From: the human T2T-CHM13v2.0 reference genome, Homo sapiens | Strand: one strand, 5' to 3' | DNA: 64,000 nt | Assembly: GCF_009914755.1 (NCBI RefSeq) | Contig: NC_060925.1 | Part shown: positions 1 through 15,750 of the stretch, in pieces | How the letters are laid out: the number at the start of each line of letters is the position of its first letter | How positions within the stretch are numbered: the first letter of the stretch is position 1 | Translations under genes and position numbers: made by a program | The notes under the pieces: generated by a model | What the model was told of the DNA's origin: nothing | What the model saw: the letters and a program-made list of their open reading frames with translations, nothing else | The model's database searches: none

Positions 1-349
1 TGAAGTGTTAATTGGCTATATGCAACATAATGGTAGACTGTTTTTCTGCCTTTTCTTTGAATGTGTTCTACAATTGGACTAAAAACTATTTTATTTCATG
101 ATTGCAGTGAGTTCTCCTTTCCTATGACTTTTGCAGAATTAAAATTATAAAACGGTTTCTGAAAAACTATAAGAAACAAGAGAAATAATTTATTGTAACT
201 TCTAGTTTTTTCTAGAATAATCTCCAAATTTCCTCCTTCTTACCCCATCACAGAACCAAATAAAACTTGTGCCATATCCTAAAACTGCCAACTCCTTTTA
301 TAATTCCATGATTTCTATATGCTGCATCTATAATTAGAAATCTTCCCAT

Positions 350-1560
350 CCCGTCCCCTTAAAAAACATTCTCCTTCAAATCCTAAATAAAATGTCATGT
401 CCTCTATGAAGCCTTGTCAAAGTTAGTTGTTCATATACAGCACCTTGGTTTACCACTCTTCTAAAGGATTCATCACATTGAACTGCAATTGTTTATTTAT
501 CCATTGTTTCCTGCATCAGAGCAACCTGAACATAAGGAACTGTGTCTAAGTTACTTTTGTACTTGTAGTGCTCAATAAATTTTGCTGCAGAAAATACTGT
601 GTTGATTGGTGGCACTAAGGTTTTAGGGTTTTACTTTCATCTGGGCCCTCAGAACTACTCAGTAGTTCTTTATTCATTCCCAGTTGTACCAGGATGTTCC
701 TGGGCCTTTCTCCTTTCCTCCTCCTCACACCTAGTTGACAATTTATCACCCTCTTCCTAGGAAAAATATACGTGGAATTTATTTAATTTACTCCTCTCTC
801 TCCAAAAATGTATGCATTACAGTTATCATTTCAACTTATTTCATTTGTTCCTTTACATTGCTCCATTCCGAGGCCAAGTCTTTCACTTTGCACTATCCAA
901 TATTCTCACAACTGCTCTTATAATCAATCAACTCTTCCACCTGTTTTCTCTCCCTTTCCATTGACAATATACTTTCTACATCCATAAAGCCAAAGAAAGC
1001 AAATCTTCACAATGAAAATAAAGGTCTAATTAAAACCCAAACCATTCATTTAACTAAGCACCACCTTCAAAGTTCTTCCCTATCTCCCTCCTTCCTTCCT
1101 GCACTCTTTTCCTAAAAATACCACCTGCACCTCCTGTATTCACTTTGTCAGATTCCCCATTCTCTTCTGAATCTGTTGAACCTGGCTCCTGTTCCCATCA
1201 TTTCCATGAAACTCTTTTGATCAGATCAATTATAGTCTATGCATATCCAGAGTGTATTCTACATGATCTTGCAACTTTTAGATGCTGGTGACCTTGGACT
1301 TCTTGCCATCTCTCCTTATCAGTATTCTTTTCTGGTTCTCATCTCTGACAACATCTTTTTTCTTCTATTCTTATCTCCTTCTCTTCTGCTTGCCCCTGAA
1401 TGCTACAACACTGAGGGTTCTGTCCTCCTTCATCACTTTATCTCACCCACTCCTATGGCTTCAGTTTATCATCACTGTGTTGATAAATTCCAAACTGGAT
1501 TCTCTGGCCCAGATTTTTCTTCTTAGTTCTAGATCTACATTTCCATTACTTACTGAACTT
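350..1560 (+). mobile_element. L2 LINE fragments (ancient)
   Basis: L2 3'-end-like motif (ctgtgtct...gtgctcaataaat, ~540-580) and pyrimidine-rich L2 body-like sequence at 700-1560; boundaries approximate. Confidence 0.55.
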
Positions 1561-2699
1561 CTACAAGCAAAAATGTATCCTTTTTTCTATAACCAAACTT
1601 ACTGTCTAGTAGCAGAAACTTTCAGATTAGTGTCAGTTGATTCATAGTTTATCCCTCAGCCACTTATCTCTGAGGTTGCCTTTAAGTTCCAGGGGCATAA
1701 ATGGGTATGGTGAGAGGGAGAAAAATATGAGGTTCTCTGTAGTCTATGGCTATTCTTGCTGTTACCTGTCTCGCAGCCTCATAAATGTTGGTTCCTTTTC
1801 ATCAGAGCATGTCCTAGTGATCTGAGATAGCTATATTTCTATCTAGTCTTCGGCATTCACTTAGACAATTTACTCTCCACTCATTTGTAACATGACACAG
1901 CTCTCCTGGCCCTCAGTCATTTGCTTCTGAGACTCCCAGTGTAGACATGAAAATATTCTGATTCTCTTTCATGCCACCCTGGGGACTGGGAGATTGATGC
2001 CTTTAATTCTGCTTGCCTTTAATTTAATTTAATTCTGATGCCTTTAGTATTCTGCTAATGCTAAACCAAACATGCAGTGATCTCTAGGTCTATACTGTTC
2101 TTGAGTTTCCAGTTGTGTAATTTGTTGTCTTTAATACCATTTCTCCTACCAAAAAATTTTACTTAGATTTGGGGGTCTACCACTCAGAGTCCCATATAGG
2201 TGTATAAAAGTTTCTTCTCTGACTTTTTGTCTTCACCAATTCAAGAGAATTTTATCTTTTTTTCTGGTAGGTAGGAAAAAATTAGCTCTGACCAAGCTCA
2301 GATATTTCTGTGCTTATTATTTAAGGCTTAAACTTTATGCCCCTTGTTATTTAGAGATCTGGCTTTTAATCATCAAAATTTAGAATTTCACAGTTTAACA
2401 TTTTTTTCCATTAAAAACCTTTGTACCATACAATGCAAAGTTCTGTTTTGAAACAAAAACCAATTCTCTTTTATTCTCTTTGCATTTTTGCTCTAACAAT
2501 GCAACTCTGAGTGAAGTAGTGTAGATGCCCTTACTGCATCCTGATTGCAAGAAGAAATGAGTGTGAGATTAAAAGAAGCATGACTACTGTTGCAAAATAT
2601 CCTCCAACTCCAGTTTCATTCTTGAACATCCAGATTGTTTCATTCTACTGTGTCTTTCAATAATAGCATCATCATTTACCTTGTTTATTGTTTTATTGC

Positions 2700-3460
2700 C
2701 TCCTCTTTCTTGACCTTCCCTTTTGTCCCTTCTCACTCTTACTGGAAATGAATGTGACAATTATATCTAGAAATGTTGCTCCAGTTAGTCCTTTCTTCCA
2801 CATCCCTTTCACCTCCAATTCAATACAGCTTTCATAAACTCTCCTTTGGACCACTATGGCAGAATCCTGATAAAGTATGTCTGTCACCAATTTCTGTTTA
2901 CTGCAGCCCATCCTTTAACTTACTGTAAATGATGTTTCTATAAAAGAAAAATAACTATTTTACTCCTGTTTAAACACCTCTGTTACATCCATTTCATATA
3001 GAAAAATCCAAATTCAAATTTCTTAGTTTGCATGGAAATTCCTTCATAATATAACTTCACACAACACATGTGTTTATATGCACATTTCTTTGCTCTTGCT
3101 GTTACAGCTGTCCCCACATTGAATATCTCTCTGTTCCCCAGAGCACTGGGCTCTTTCACAACTGAGTGCTTTAAGGAGTAGTTGCTGCCTTTATTAGGTA
3201 TGAATAGTCTCTGCTTCCACCCTCTACCCCTTCTTTTTGTAAAAAAAATAAAATAAAATAGCATTGCAATTCTTCAGAACCACTCACCTACCATAGAACT
3301 TATGCTCTGTTTTAACTGGCTCATCATTTGACTTTAAATCTGATTAGACTAATAAAGACCAATAGAGCATGTACTTATGTACTTTTTCTGCTTTTTAAAC
3401 ATTATGCTGCCAATATGAATTACAGTGTCACTCCACAAATATGTATTAAATGAATAAACA
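2700..3460 (+). mobile_element. L2 LINE fragment
   Basis: Degenerate L2 3' region ending ...caaatatgtattaaatgaataaa. Confidence 0.5.
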
Positions 3461-3787
3461 TAGGCCTTTCATGCTCCTATATCACTCTGTTTTTATTTAT
3501 TTTATAGCACTGCATTGTATTACTGTTTTCTTCTTTACATATCAATATCTCCTATTGGATTTATAATATTTGCCATCTGCATTGTATTTAGCATAGCTGG
3601 TCCCCATGCTTTTTTGAAAGACTCTCTTCTGTTCCTCTCGTGTTTTTGGCCACTGCTTCTTAGTCTTCTTTAAAGGTTCTTTTTCCATTTGTAAAATATC
3701 TACCCCCTTATCCCCTACCATCTCTTCTTCTCCCCCTCCCCTCCTTCTCATCTTTGAACACTCAGTGCTAACTTCTGTTACATTATC

Positions 3788-3841
<54 letters not shown>

Positions 3842-3884
3842 CATCCATCTAATCTATCTATCTATCTGTCTGTCTATCTATCTG
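3788..3884 (+). repeat. Compound tetranucleotide STR [TCTA]13[TCCA]2 TCTA A [TCTA]3[TCTG]2[TCTA]2 TCTG
   Basis: Read directly from the sequence. Confidence 0.97.
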
Positions 3885-4043
3885 GTAATATCATCCAAAC
3901 TCTGACTTTCTTTACCAGTAAAACACAAATAACATTAATTTATAATTCTGTCCAAGATCTTTCCTTTGAACTCTAGATCTATATATCCTGTTTATATAAT
4001 ATGTTCATGCATTTTCTCACAGTCCTTCCCCAAAAAAGCATGA

Positions 4044-4436
4044 TGTTACAGACTGAATTGATTCCCCCCAGTTTCATAAGTTGAAGTCCTAACACCTAAG
4101 ATCTCAGAAAGTGCCTGTATTTGGAGACAGGTTCTTTAAAGAAGTAACTAAGTTAAAATGGGATCATCAGAGTTGGCCCTAATCCTATGTGACTGACATC
4201 CTATAGAAGAAGAGATAAGGAACATAGACACATAGACTGAGGGGTGTTCGTGTGAGGACACAGTGAAAAGGGGGCCATCTGGCAAGCCAAGGAGAGATAC
4301 CTGAGAAGAAACTAAATCTGTTGGCACTTCGATCTTCACCCCCTAGTCTCCAGAACTGTGGGAAAATTAATTTCTGTTGTTTTAACCATTCATTCTGTGG
4401 TATTTTGTTATGGCAGTCCTAGAGAAATCACATACA
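4044..4436 (+). mobile_element. MLT1B-like MaLR solo LTR, inserted in L2
   Basis: TG...CA termini, ~390 bp, motifs gttgaagtcctaac, tttggagacagg, ctccagaactgtg...ttctgttgtttta, gtattttgttatggcag. Confidence 0.88.
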
Positions 4437-4989
4437 TGCCTAAATATTGAATTCATTTATTTTTCTTCAAATCTCCCCTTCTCATCTTTCTTATTTTAGT
4501 GGATAGCACCATCATCCACCCAGTTATAGAAATTTGAAACCTTAATTAGCACAGTAGTTAATGTAGATTGATACGTATTCAATCTTAAGCTGCACCTTCA
4601 TTCTAAATATCTCTTCATCTCCACTGGTGCCTCCCAAGTTAAGCCACCATTGCCTTTTACTGATATGGCAGATATAGCCCCTTAAATTCCTTCTTCCATT
4701 TTTGCTTCTATTCTACATTATCTGCACTGGAAATTGTTTTACTTAAAGTAAAAATATAACCATGTAATTTTCACAATTAAAACTCTTAATAACATCCAAT
4801 TGCATTAATGTCTAAAACCCTTCAGGGCTTGCAAGGCCTTTTTAGATGTGGGCACTGCCTACCTCTCCAGGCCAATCTTTCATTATTTTTCTTTTCAGTT
4901 TCCTCAAATGTACTGTTTCCTTTCTCAGGACCTTTGCACATGCTCTTCCCTCTTCTTACTTTTCTTATCTTTCTTTCTCCACATCTTTT

Positions 4990-5210
4990 AATAAATGCAA
5001 TTACAGCTAGCATTTTTCTGAGCTTCATTTTGTGCCACTCACTGTCCTAAGCACTTTAAATATGTTAGCCTATTTAAATCTTACCATAAACCTACATAAA
5101 AAGTTTTATTATTTTTATTTTGCCAGTTAAAAAACTGAGGCACGGATAGTTTATTAAAATTAAGTGACTTATTCGAGATTCCAAAGCTGGAAGTGGAGCT
5201 TGGATTTGAA
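4990..5210 (-). mobile_element. MIR SINE
   Basis: Reverse MIR core (ctaagcacttta...aaactgaggcac...aagtgactt). Confidence 0.75.
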
Positions 5211-5663
5211 ATTGTTTGAGGACAGGGTAGCTCTAAAGCTTAGATTATAATTAAGAGCAAAAGCTTTGATTCTCTAAATTAGGTCATGGCAGTCAGTATG
5301 CATGCTGTTAAGTCTCATCAGAGTTGTAATGAATAATTGTGTAATAAATTGCTTAGTGCCTATCTTCTGGATCAGAATGTAGTCTCCATGGGATCAGAGG
5401 CAATGTCTATCTTGTTGCCATTATGTCTCTAAGTACCTTGTTTATGCTGCCGTGATGACATGATGACATGATGAGGGCATTCACAAATATTTGTTAAATA
5501 AATACACTGTAACTTTTCCTAGAACAGGGATGCTGACTGTACAGCTTTGGCTCCCAGAGAGTCCTCGCCTACAGAAAATGCTCAATAGATATATGTTTGA
5601 TTAACTATCACCAGTTAGTTACAGATCTGCAGTAGAGTTTAATTCCATGTTTTGCTGTCTGCC

Positions 5664-6011
5664 TGTATTAGTCCATTTTCACACTGCTGATAAAGACATA
5701 CCCAAGACTAAGCAATTTACAAAAGGAAGAAGTTTAATGCACTTACAGTTCCATGTGGCTAGGGAGGCCTCACCATCATGGTAGAAACCCAAAGGCACTT
5801 CTTCCATGGTCGTGTCAAGAGAGAGAATGAGAGCCAAGTGAAACGGGTTTCCCCTTATTCAAACCATCAGATCTTGTGCGACTTATTCACTCCCAAGAGA
5901 ACAGTATGGGAGAAACTGCCCCCATAATTCAATTATTGCCCACCCAGTCCCTCCCACAACATGTGGGAATTCAAGATGGGATTTGGGTGAGGACACAGCC
6001 AAACCATATCA
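5664..6011 (-). mobile_element. THE1A/THE1B solo LTR (MaLR)
   Basis: tgtattagtccattttcac...ggacacagccaaaccatatca; 5-bp TSD ctgcc/ctacc. Confidence 0.95.
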
Positions 6012-6201
6012 CTACCCTAAACAACTGGAAGCATTTTTATCCTAATAAAGGGATGATGATGCAGATGGTGGGATGTTGGTAAGTGTAGACAGGGGGATTA
6101 TCTGAGCTATTTATCCCTATTTTTATCCTCCAGACCAATTTTCATTTTAATTTATGTTATAATTTACTGCATTTGAAAATCTTAGGCATATATTAAATAC
6201 A

Positions 6202-6278
6202 TCTCTCTTTGTCTCTTTGTCTTTCTATCTGTTTCTGTCTTTCTCTCTGTCTCTGTCTCTCTCTGTTTCTCTCTCTTT
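6202..6278 (+). repeat. (TC)/(TCTG)-rich low-complexity tract
   Basis: Read directly. Confidence 0.85.
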
Positions 6279-7994
6279 GGGTAGGCTGTGATAGTTACTT
6301 GTTTTGTGTCTTTTTTTTCTAGCTCTCGTTTTCTTCAAGTTCAGTATTTTTCATTTTAATGCAATGTAAACATTATGGACACTATGCCTGTCTTGGAGTC
6401 ATTTTTGTTATTGGAAGAGTTTCTGACTCCTCGGAGATGAGTACTAGATAAGCCATAATTGTACTAGTACAGAGTTTAAAGGCATGGCAGTACTATGATT
6501 GGGTTAATACTTTACTACCTTCCTCCTGCTTCTAATTCATTTCTCCCAAAACAATTAAGAAATGTCTCAGAAGTCCTATTCATACATCTTCACCATCCTA
6601 GTAGAGGGAGAGAGAAACAGTAAAAAATAACTAAAATGGTTCTACCACTCTGCACTTAATGAGCATCTGTAAGAAATATTTAATATTTGAAGAGCTTTTA
6701 AATAATTTTTTTGGTAGAAAAATATCCAGAATCTTCTTTTAATAAGCACATCTAGAGAAACAGCTCATTGAATGGTTTTCAACAGTTAAGGTTTTTCTTT
6801 CTTAAAAGAGATTTATCATAATTAGTATGTTCAAATTATCATTGCAGTAGAAATTGGCATCTTCACACTGAACAACATTCATATTTCATGTAGATTAGAA
6901 TTTTTTTTTCTTAAGATCAACGTGAATTAGTGTTAAAATTTGCTGCTTGTATTTTGTAGGTATATAGTCCCAGGGGTAATTAGTAAGGCAATCACAATCT
7001 TAACCTCACAGACCATAAACTTGAACCTATTAAATGTGTGTGTGCATGCGTGTGTTGCACCCCTAGTTTCTCTTTCCCCATGGCAGAGGGTGGTGGTGGT
7101 GGTGTAAGAGGTTAACATGAAGGGAGGAAGGTGGGACCTCAAATGGATCAGATTGTGGAGGACTCAATCAATAAGTATTATGCACAATTAAAACACTCAG
7201 TGGTAACCATTGGGAAAATTTTTGTTTTGCTAATAAAGTTATTGTTAGGATTAGTGCTTAAATTTACAAAATAATTCCCTTAGACCTTGAGTAAAAGGAA
7301 TAGTGCTGTTCTTTTAAAGTTGTATTATAAAACCACAAGTTGTTTTCTTTTTCCTTCCCAAACTATATTGGCAACTTACAGCAGTAGCATAAACAATATT
7401 ATTAGCAGGTATAAAGAAAAAAAGGTAGTGATAGAAGACAGTCTGGCAGCATTTAAAAAAAAAAGAAACCAGACAGGAAGAATCCAGTTACGCTTAGCTA
7501 AAAGAGAGTGTCCCTGTGGTAAAAATATTTCACAAATTCTGTTCCCATTGCCAGGCTTATCCAGAAAGTGGCAAAGACTCCCAGACTATCTTATTTGGGT
7601 ATTTTTAATAAGACTGTCTAAATACTTTTAGTACTAATTTAGACCATGTAAATTTAGGATTATCACAGCCTTTTTTAAAAGTTGGATTATAAGAGAAAGA
7701 ATGCTTTAGATACATTCTCTAAAATTCAGGTCTTACAGCAATTATGTTTCTCATAATTAATAAATTACATTCCCGTGTCTACTTCAATTTTCAATGCATT
7801 TTAGTTGGCTTAATGTATGTAATAAAAAATCCCATGAGCCTTTAAAGCATAGACTTAGTTTTTAGAATCCAACAAGCTAACTAATGCGGTTCCTGGTTTG
7901 AATCAGCTTTCTCTTGGCTCAATCATTTGTATTGTTTTTGGGGTTAAGGTCTTCACTTTGCCACTCTGAGGAAGACTATGCAATCTCTCACTAA

Positions 7995-7996
<2 letters not shown>

Positions 7997-8026
<30 letters not shown>
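7997..8026 (+). repeat. (AC)15 microsatellite
   Basis: Read directly. Confidence 0.97.
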
Positions 8027-8028
<2 letters not shown>

Positions 8029-8149
8029 CCCATAATTCTATATATTCTTTCTTTGTATACAATTTCAAAGGAATCTTGGGACTCTGAAGCTCACTCATTT
8101 GCTTGAGAATTAGGAACTTTCTACCTCACTGTAGTTTGAGTTTAAGCTT

Positions 8150-8506
8150 CTCTCTTGCTCCATTTTGTGCTACTATACCAAATACCTGGGGTTGAGGAAT
8201 TTATAAAGAAAAGAGGTTTATTTCTTACAGTTCTGGAGGCTGGAAAGTCTAAGGTTGAGAAACCCAGATCTGGTGAGGGCTTTCTCACGTATCATCCCAT
8301 GGTGGAAGACAGAAAACAAGAGAGCTCGCACAATGTTGTGGGGGGATTGGGTGAGGGAAGGGGGATGAATTCAGTCTTTTACTAGAAACCCAGGTAAACC
8401 CAGCCCTCATGAATGAATCACCTTTTAAAGAAACCTGTCTACACTGTTGGCTTTAGGGATTAAGCTTCCAATGCATGAATTTGGGGGACACATTCAAACT
8501 ATAGAA
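8150..8506 (-). mobile_element. MST/MLT1A-type MaLR solo LTR
   Basis: aatttataaagaaaagaggtttattt...cagttctggaggctggaaagtc...atgaatttgggggacacattcaaac. Confidence 0.85.
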
Positions 8507-8904
8507 GCTTCTAAATGATGCTCAAAGTTTGATTTTATGCCCAGCCACCCCAAAGAGGAGAAATGTTCATCCTCACTAGCCAATAGTCCCTGGTGATTGG
8601 ATTTCCAAAATGATTGAAACGTTAAGCACATCCATCCATTGATTGGATTCTTTCTTTAGCCTCTTTGTTGCAAGTAGCTGAAATGGAAAGGGCATCTCTC
8701 TTTTTCTTGCCAGAATTCTTCTCTTTTTTCCATGAGGTGGAGAAGGTAAGCACTGCTCCATTCCTCCAGTCATCACATACTCAGTCATTGGGATATATAC
8801 CTCCAGCTGTTTTTTTCTCTTTTCCTTTGTCTTTTTTTTTTTAAATCTGTGTGTATTCTTCTCACTCGTCTTTTTATATTTTTATTACAGATATATGTAA
8901 TCAT

Positions 8905-8964
8905 AAATAATAGCCAACATTTATAGTACTTTTATTATACCAGTCAGTTGTCATTATTCTGATG

Positions 8965-9006
<42 letters not shown>

Positions 9007-9150
9007 CACACACAATTTAGTCTTCACAATGATCCTCTGAGGTAGATACTGTCATTATTCCCAAATTAGTTATGAGAAAACTGAAGCCCAAAATGTTTCT
9101 TGCCCAAAATCACAGTTAGGAAATGATGGAGTTGTCTCCAGATTTTATAT
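8905..9150 (-). mobile_element. MIR SINE interrupted by (CA)19 at 8966-9003
   Basis: tcttcacaatgatcctctgaggtagatact...atgagaaaactgaagccc; CA repeat read directly. Confidence 0.75.
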
Positions 9151-9224
9151 TCTTAATCAATATGTTTTTGTTTTTTCATGAAATATGAAATCATGAATGA
9201 TATTTATTTATTTATTTATTTATT

Positions 9225-11143
<1,919 letters not shown>

Positions 11144-12335
11144 TATGACAATTATATATTTTTTTAATTAAAATATTACCTATATGTTTTCACTTTGTAC
11201 ATACTCTTTTGAAACTTACTTTTTCTACTCAATCATATATGTCAAGATTTATACCTCCAGACTCATTAGTGTATTTCATTTTAACTGTTATTTAGTAGAC
11301 ATATTATGCTAATACTTGTTTTCTTATCAATAACTTTGCATATTTTCAACCAGTTGCCATTATTATAATGGAGCAGTTCACATTACGAATTTTCAGATTT
11401 TTTATCTGTAAAATGCTGATAGCAATAGCAGAGTTGTTATCAGAATTATAAAATGTGTCTTATGTTGTTCAAAAGGAGCAAAAGTGCACAACAGATACTC
11501 AGTAAGTTTTAAATTATTCTAAGATGGCTTTCTCTCCCTTTTTTTCCTATTAATCTAATTCCTCTTCTCTTTCTTTCTACTTTATCTTGCCTTTTTGGAT
11601 TGATCAAACAAGGCTAACTAACTCATTAAACCCAGTAAGTAATTACAGGTCAACAGTCATTTTATGAGCTACAGGAATGAGCAAGAGAGGCAATCCAAGT
11701 GACACCATGTGAATTGTTTTGACTGAACTTTTTGGTTTTTAAAATCCTGGCCTTCTAGGACTCAACTTTTCTCCTAGTAGCAGGAAATATAAGGAAGACC
11801 TTAGGGAAAGGCCACAAATAGTACTTCAAAGCACTGTAGTTCCTTGGAGAGGTAGGAAGCAGGGCACTAAATCGTGTTGCCAAGGTGTACAGAGATTGCC
11901 TTTCTCTGTATCTGCCTAATTTGCTCCTGGAGGAGCTAATTCTTTTTACATTTTGGAAATCAAAGCTCCATGGATAAATACTGCTTTTTCTGACCTTATG
12001 TTTTTTTTTCTAGACTTCATTTAAAACATCTCAAATCAGATCAAAGGGAACACAAGGCTGTGCATTTAGATATCCAGTTGAAGTCATTTTCTTAGTAGTT
12101 TTCCTACCACCTATGTTTTCCTCCTCCCACTATCTGCATTTTGCTGCCAGGCTCATCTTCCATAAGTGAACTTCACAGACATGGATGGTTCCCCATCGTC
12201 TCCTAAATGGAACACAATAGTCTCAACCAGCTTTCAATCCTCTGCACACTGTGATCTATAAGATATCTTTTCATATTTATGCTCTGGTGATACCCTTCCA
12301 GTACCCTGCATTTCAACTCCATAGGACTGTTGACT

Positions 12336-12509
12336 TATGGCTGCTGTAAGTGGCTGTGCAGTAGTGAACTGCACAAAGGCAGAAGGGTAAGGGGACTGAA
12401 ACTCAGCGTGCGCTCTGGCCTAGCTACACACTTTCAGAGTTGTGTCCGCGCAAAGGAGGTGCTTTTTTTCTACTCTGAAGGAAAACGAGATAAGGCCGAG
12501 TTTGTCCTG
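12336..12509 (-). mobile_element. MER91A-like hAT-Tip100 MITE
   Basis: ggctgtgcagtagtgaactgcacaaaggc...ctgaaactcagcgtgcgctc...ggaggtgcttttttt matches the remembered MER91A reverse consensus; locally CpG-rich. Confidence 0.6.
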
Positions 12510-12759
12510 TTAACTCATGGTCCTGTTAACTCAATGCTCACCAAACACAACTTAAACTATTTCCTGTATCTGTCTGTGTCTTTGCTCATGCTCATTATTT
12601 TCTGTAGATTCCCAACCTCTTTTTTCGTCAATAAATTCTTTTTTCATCCAATCCACTAAAGCTGTCAAAGCGTTACTGCTGATCTGATACTAGTGCTTAT
12701 GGTTTTAATCTTCTCTTTGGTAATTTTTTGGTTGACTTCCCTCTTAAATCCCTCTTCTT

Positions 12760-13420
12760 TTGGTTTCTATGTCATGTCACTTTCCTTATTTTCTTTTAAA
12801 TATCTGACTAGTCGTATTTGGGCTTTCTTGGATTCCTCTCACCGCACCTCATTTCTTGATTCTTAAGTGTTATTATTCTTCAGGTTTTTGGTCTTTATAT
12901 TTATTGTACCTGGCCTATATGTTCTCCCTGTTTGATCACATTTTCTAGCATGTCTTCAACTCGCATCTATGACTTGACTCTCAAATCTTTCTTGAGCTCC
13001 AGACCTACGTCTCCAACTGCCTGCTCAGGCATCTCTTCTTGCATGTATCCCTAAATCAATATGTCTAAAACAGTATTGAATGTCCACTTTCAAAGTATCT
13101 CATCAACTTGTATTTCTATCCCAGTTCCTGGCAGCACAATATACCAGTTTCCCAAATTATAGTTAGGTAATTCTTTCCCTCCTCTCTACTCCTGACAGTC
13201 AACCAATTTTCAAGGCAATTCTACCTTTGAATGTTTCTCATCATCCTTTCTTCTTGTCTATCCCAACTGCTATTGCTTTAGTTCAAACGTTCATCTTCTT
13301 AAGGCTAGACTATTACAAAACACTCCTCTTTTACATTTCTTGTGCTTCTTGATATTTCAGCCCATCCTGCACATTGCTGACCTAATTACATTTCTAAAAC
13401 ATTGATTTATCATGTCCTCA
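12760..13420 (+). mobile_element. L2 LINE fragment
   Basis: cttgagctccagacctacgtctccaactgcctgctc...catctct L2 hallmark. Confidence 0.75.
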
Positions 13421-13449
13421 TCCCATCCCCTGGTTTAGGATCAAAATAC

Positions 13450-13860
13450 AAAGCACCAATTAATTGAAAGCCCATTCTCCTAAACACAGTGCTAAACACT
13501 TCACATACGTTTGTTGTCTCATATAAAGTGCACAGTAATCCTGATGCAAAGATAATATTATGTTAGAGATTAAGAAAGCTCACAAGTACAAATAATTTTC
13601 TCACACAGAAATGGCAAAGCAGTGTTTCAAAGATAAGTTACTCAGATTACAAAGCCTCAATCTGCCTTCTAACCCTTACTGCCCCTTCCGAGATTTGTAC
13701 CTTAACGTGACTATTTCATGTTTGGATAGCCTTGTCAAGTTACTTAGTATAATAAGAATAATGACAATATAAAACTCATAGGAATTTTTTTCTTAAGAAA
13801 AATGAAATACATATGAAGTACTTGAAAATAATAAGTGCTATGCAGATATAAGTTATTATT
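13450..13860. mobile_element. Two MIR fragments in opposite orientations
   Basis: Reverse MIR ~13450-13660, forward MIR ~13700-13860. Confidence 0.5.
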
Positions 13861-14999
13861 ACAGACACTTCAAGTTCCTGATGGTAATTTTCTAAAAGTT
13901 TCTTGATTTGCCAGGTTGAATTGATTCTTGTTTCTTTCAGTGCACTCATTGCTGTTGGTGCCTAGCTCAGTTTATTTTACTTACTTACAATTTTTTCTCT
14001 GCATAACTGAGTTTTTTTAGAACAAAGGCTGTGTCTCCATCATTGCTATATACCCAGGACCTATCAAATTACCTGACAGAGTAGATTGAACACCATCTGC
14101 CAGCCAAAATGAAAAACAAAAATCTTAGTTAAAATTCATGCAATAGCTTGAAAAATATTTAAACCCAGAAAGATATCCTGTTCACTTTCAAAGTCAGTAA
14201 AGGTTTATAGAGAGCAGAGACTGAATTTCAAAGAGAAGATTTGAGAAAAGAAATAAATAGACAGATTAGATTCTCAATTCAAATATAAAGCCTTTAAAAT
14301 ATTACTGTTGTAGATCTTTTTAAATAGCCCTTTCAAATTGTCAAACAACAACAATTTATTAAAAGTTAAGAAATAGACTCCCTGCTACTTCATCTGAACC
14401 TGCGGTAGAAATAATATGCTGTTGGTTCCTAGATTTTTAAGGGTCTATGAATGTGGATGTAAAATTCTAGGGTGTTTTTAATATTTTAATAATCTTCTTG
14501 AAATTGCTTAATTCCCTGAATTAGATGGTCTGGCTAACAAAATATGTTTTCTTTTCTGTGGGCTAGAAGTAAAGCAGCACATTTTGAAAGTAATAGGTAA
14601 CGATTGGCTTCTGATGATATCACAGAAATTATTAGAACAAGTTAGGAGATTAAACACTGTGACTAGAACCCCATGAAATGGTCACTGTAATGAACTGAAC
14701 ATGTCCTATGTGTGATAAACCTTGGATACAAACGCTAAGTGACAGTAAAAATGAGCTACTGGTAGCACTGAAAAATGCTAAGTGTCTGTCAACTTATTTA
14801 TTACTTCTTAGTATTACAACTAACTTGTTAAATCATAAAAATATTATGAAATCACAAATACAGAATGTAGGGTTAAAATCTGAATAAGTGTAAGAAAAGA
14901 TAGGGCTAAACATTAATAAATATAGTTTTGTAAGCAGACAAATTCTTTCAGATTATGGTGTCCATAAAGCAATAATAAAAGGAAAATTTAGTGATGAAA

Positions 15000-15750
15000 A
15001 CATTGATACATTTCCATGAAAATGCATAAATTTTAATGGTATAGTAAACTTATTCTTACTGAATGAATGTACCAGCATATGCACCTAAATGAAAATATAA
15101 AACATTACTTGCATCTCAGGAAACTTTCTCATAGGTGCTCCCAGTACTTACGCACTGAGCCCCTGTCCCAGCTCTGGCAAAAGGTAACCACTATTCTGAC
15201 TTTAATACCACATATTAGATTTGCCTCTCTATGTACTTTATGAGATCAAATAATTCAGTTTGTATTTTTGTCTTTGACTTTTTACACTCTGTATTATGCC
15301 TGTGGTATTCATCTGTGTGATGGTATATTATAGTAGTGTGCTCCTCATCATTGTTATATGGTGCCCCATTGTTTGAAAACACACTGAAAAATGTTCTCCT
15401 GTTGATGGACAATTGGGCTTTTTCCAAGTTTTAGCTATTGATGATAATGCCGCTATGAGCATTCTAATATGTATTAATATCTGTATGTATCTGTTGCTGC
15501 ATATCTGTACACATTTTGGTTGAGTATATAATTAGAGTGGACTTGTTAAACAATATGAATGCACGTGGTCAGAGTTTGTATAATAGATTCTGTAAGTTTT
15601 CCAAAGTGGTTTTTCTACTTTTATTTCAACTAGCAGGGAGTGAGAGTTCCTGTTGTTCCATATCTTAACAGTTAGCATTGTCAGATTGATGGATTGATGG
15701 ATTGATGGATAAAATTTTATTCATTCTAGTGGGTAGGTGGTAATATCTCA
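15000..15750 (-). mobile_element. L1ME-type 3' fragment
   Basis: aaggtaaccactattctgacttt, ctcctgttgatggacaattggg, ttttccaaagtggtt, gagagttcctgttgttcca. Confidence 0.8.

Noticed and set aside
5452-5475. Repeated TGATGA (C-box-like) motifs
   Set aside because: Simple 8-bp slippage repeat at an L2 end; no terminal stem or snoRNA architecture evident.
7555-7598. Possible 44-nt exon (ccattgccag...TGG|gtattt)
   Set aside because: Weak donor and no corroborating evidence.
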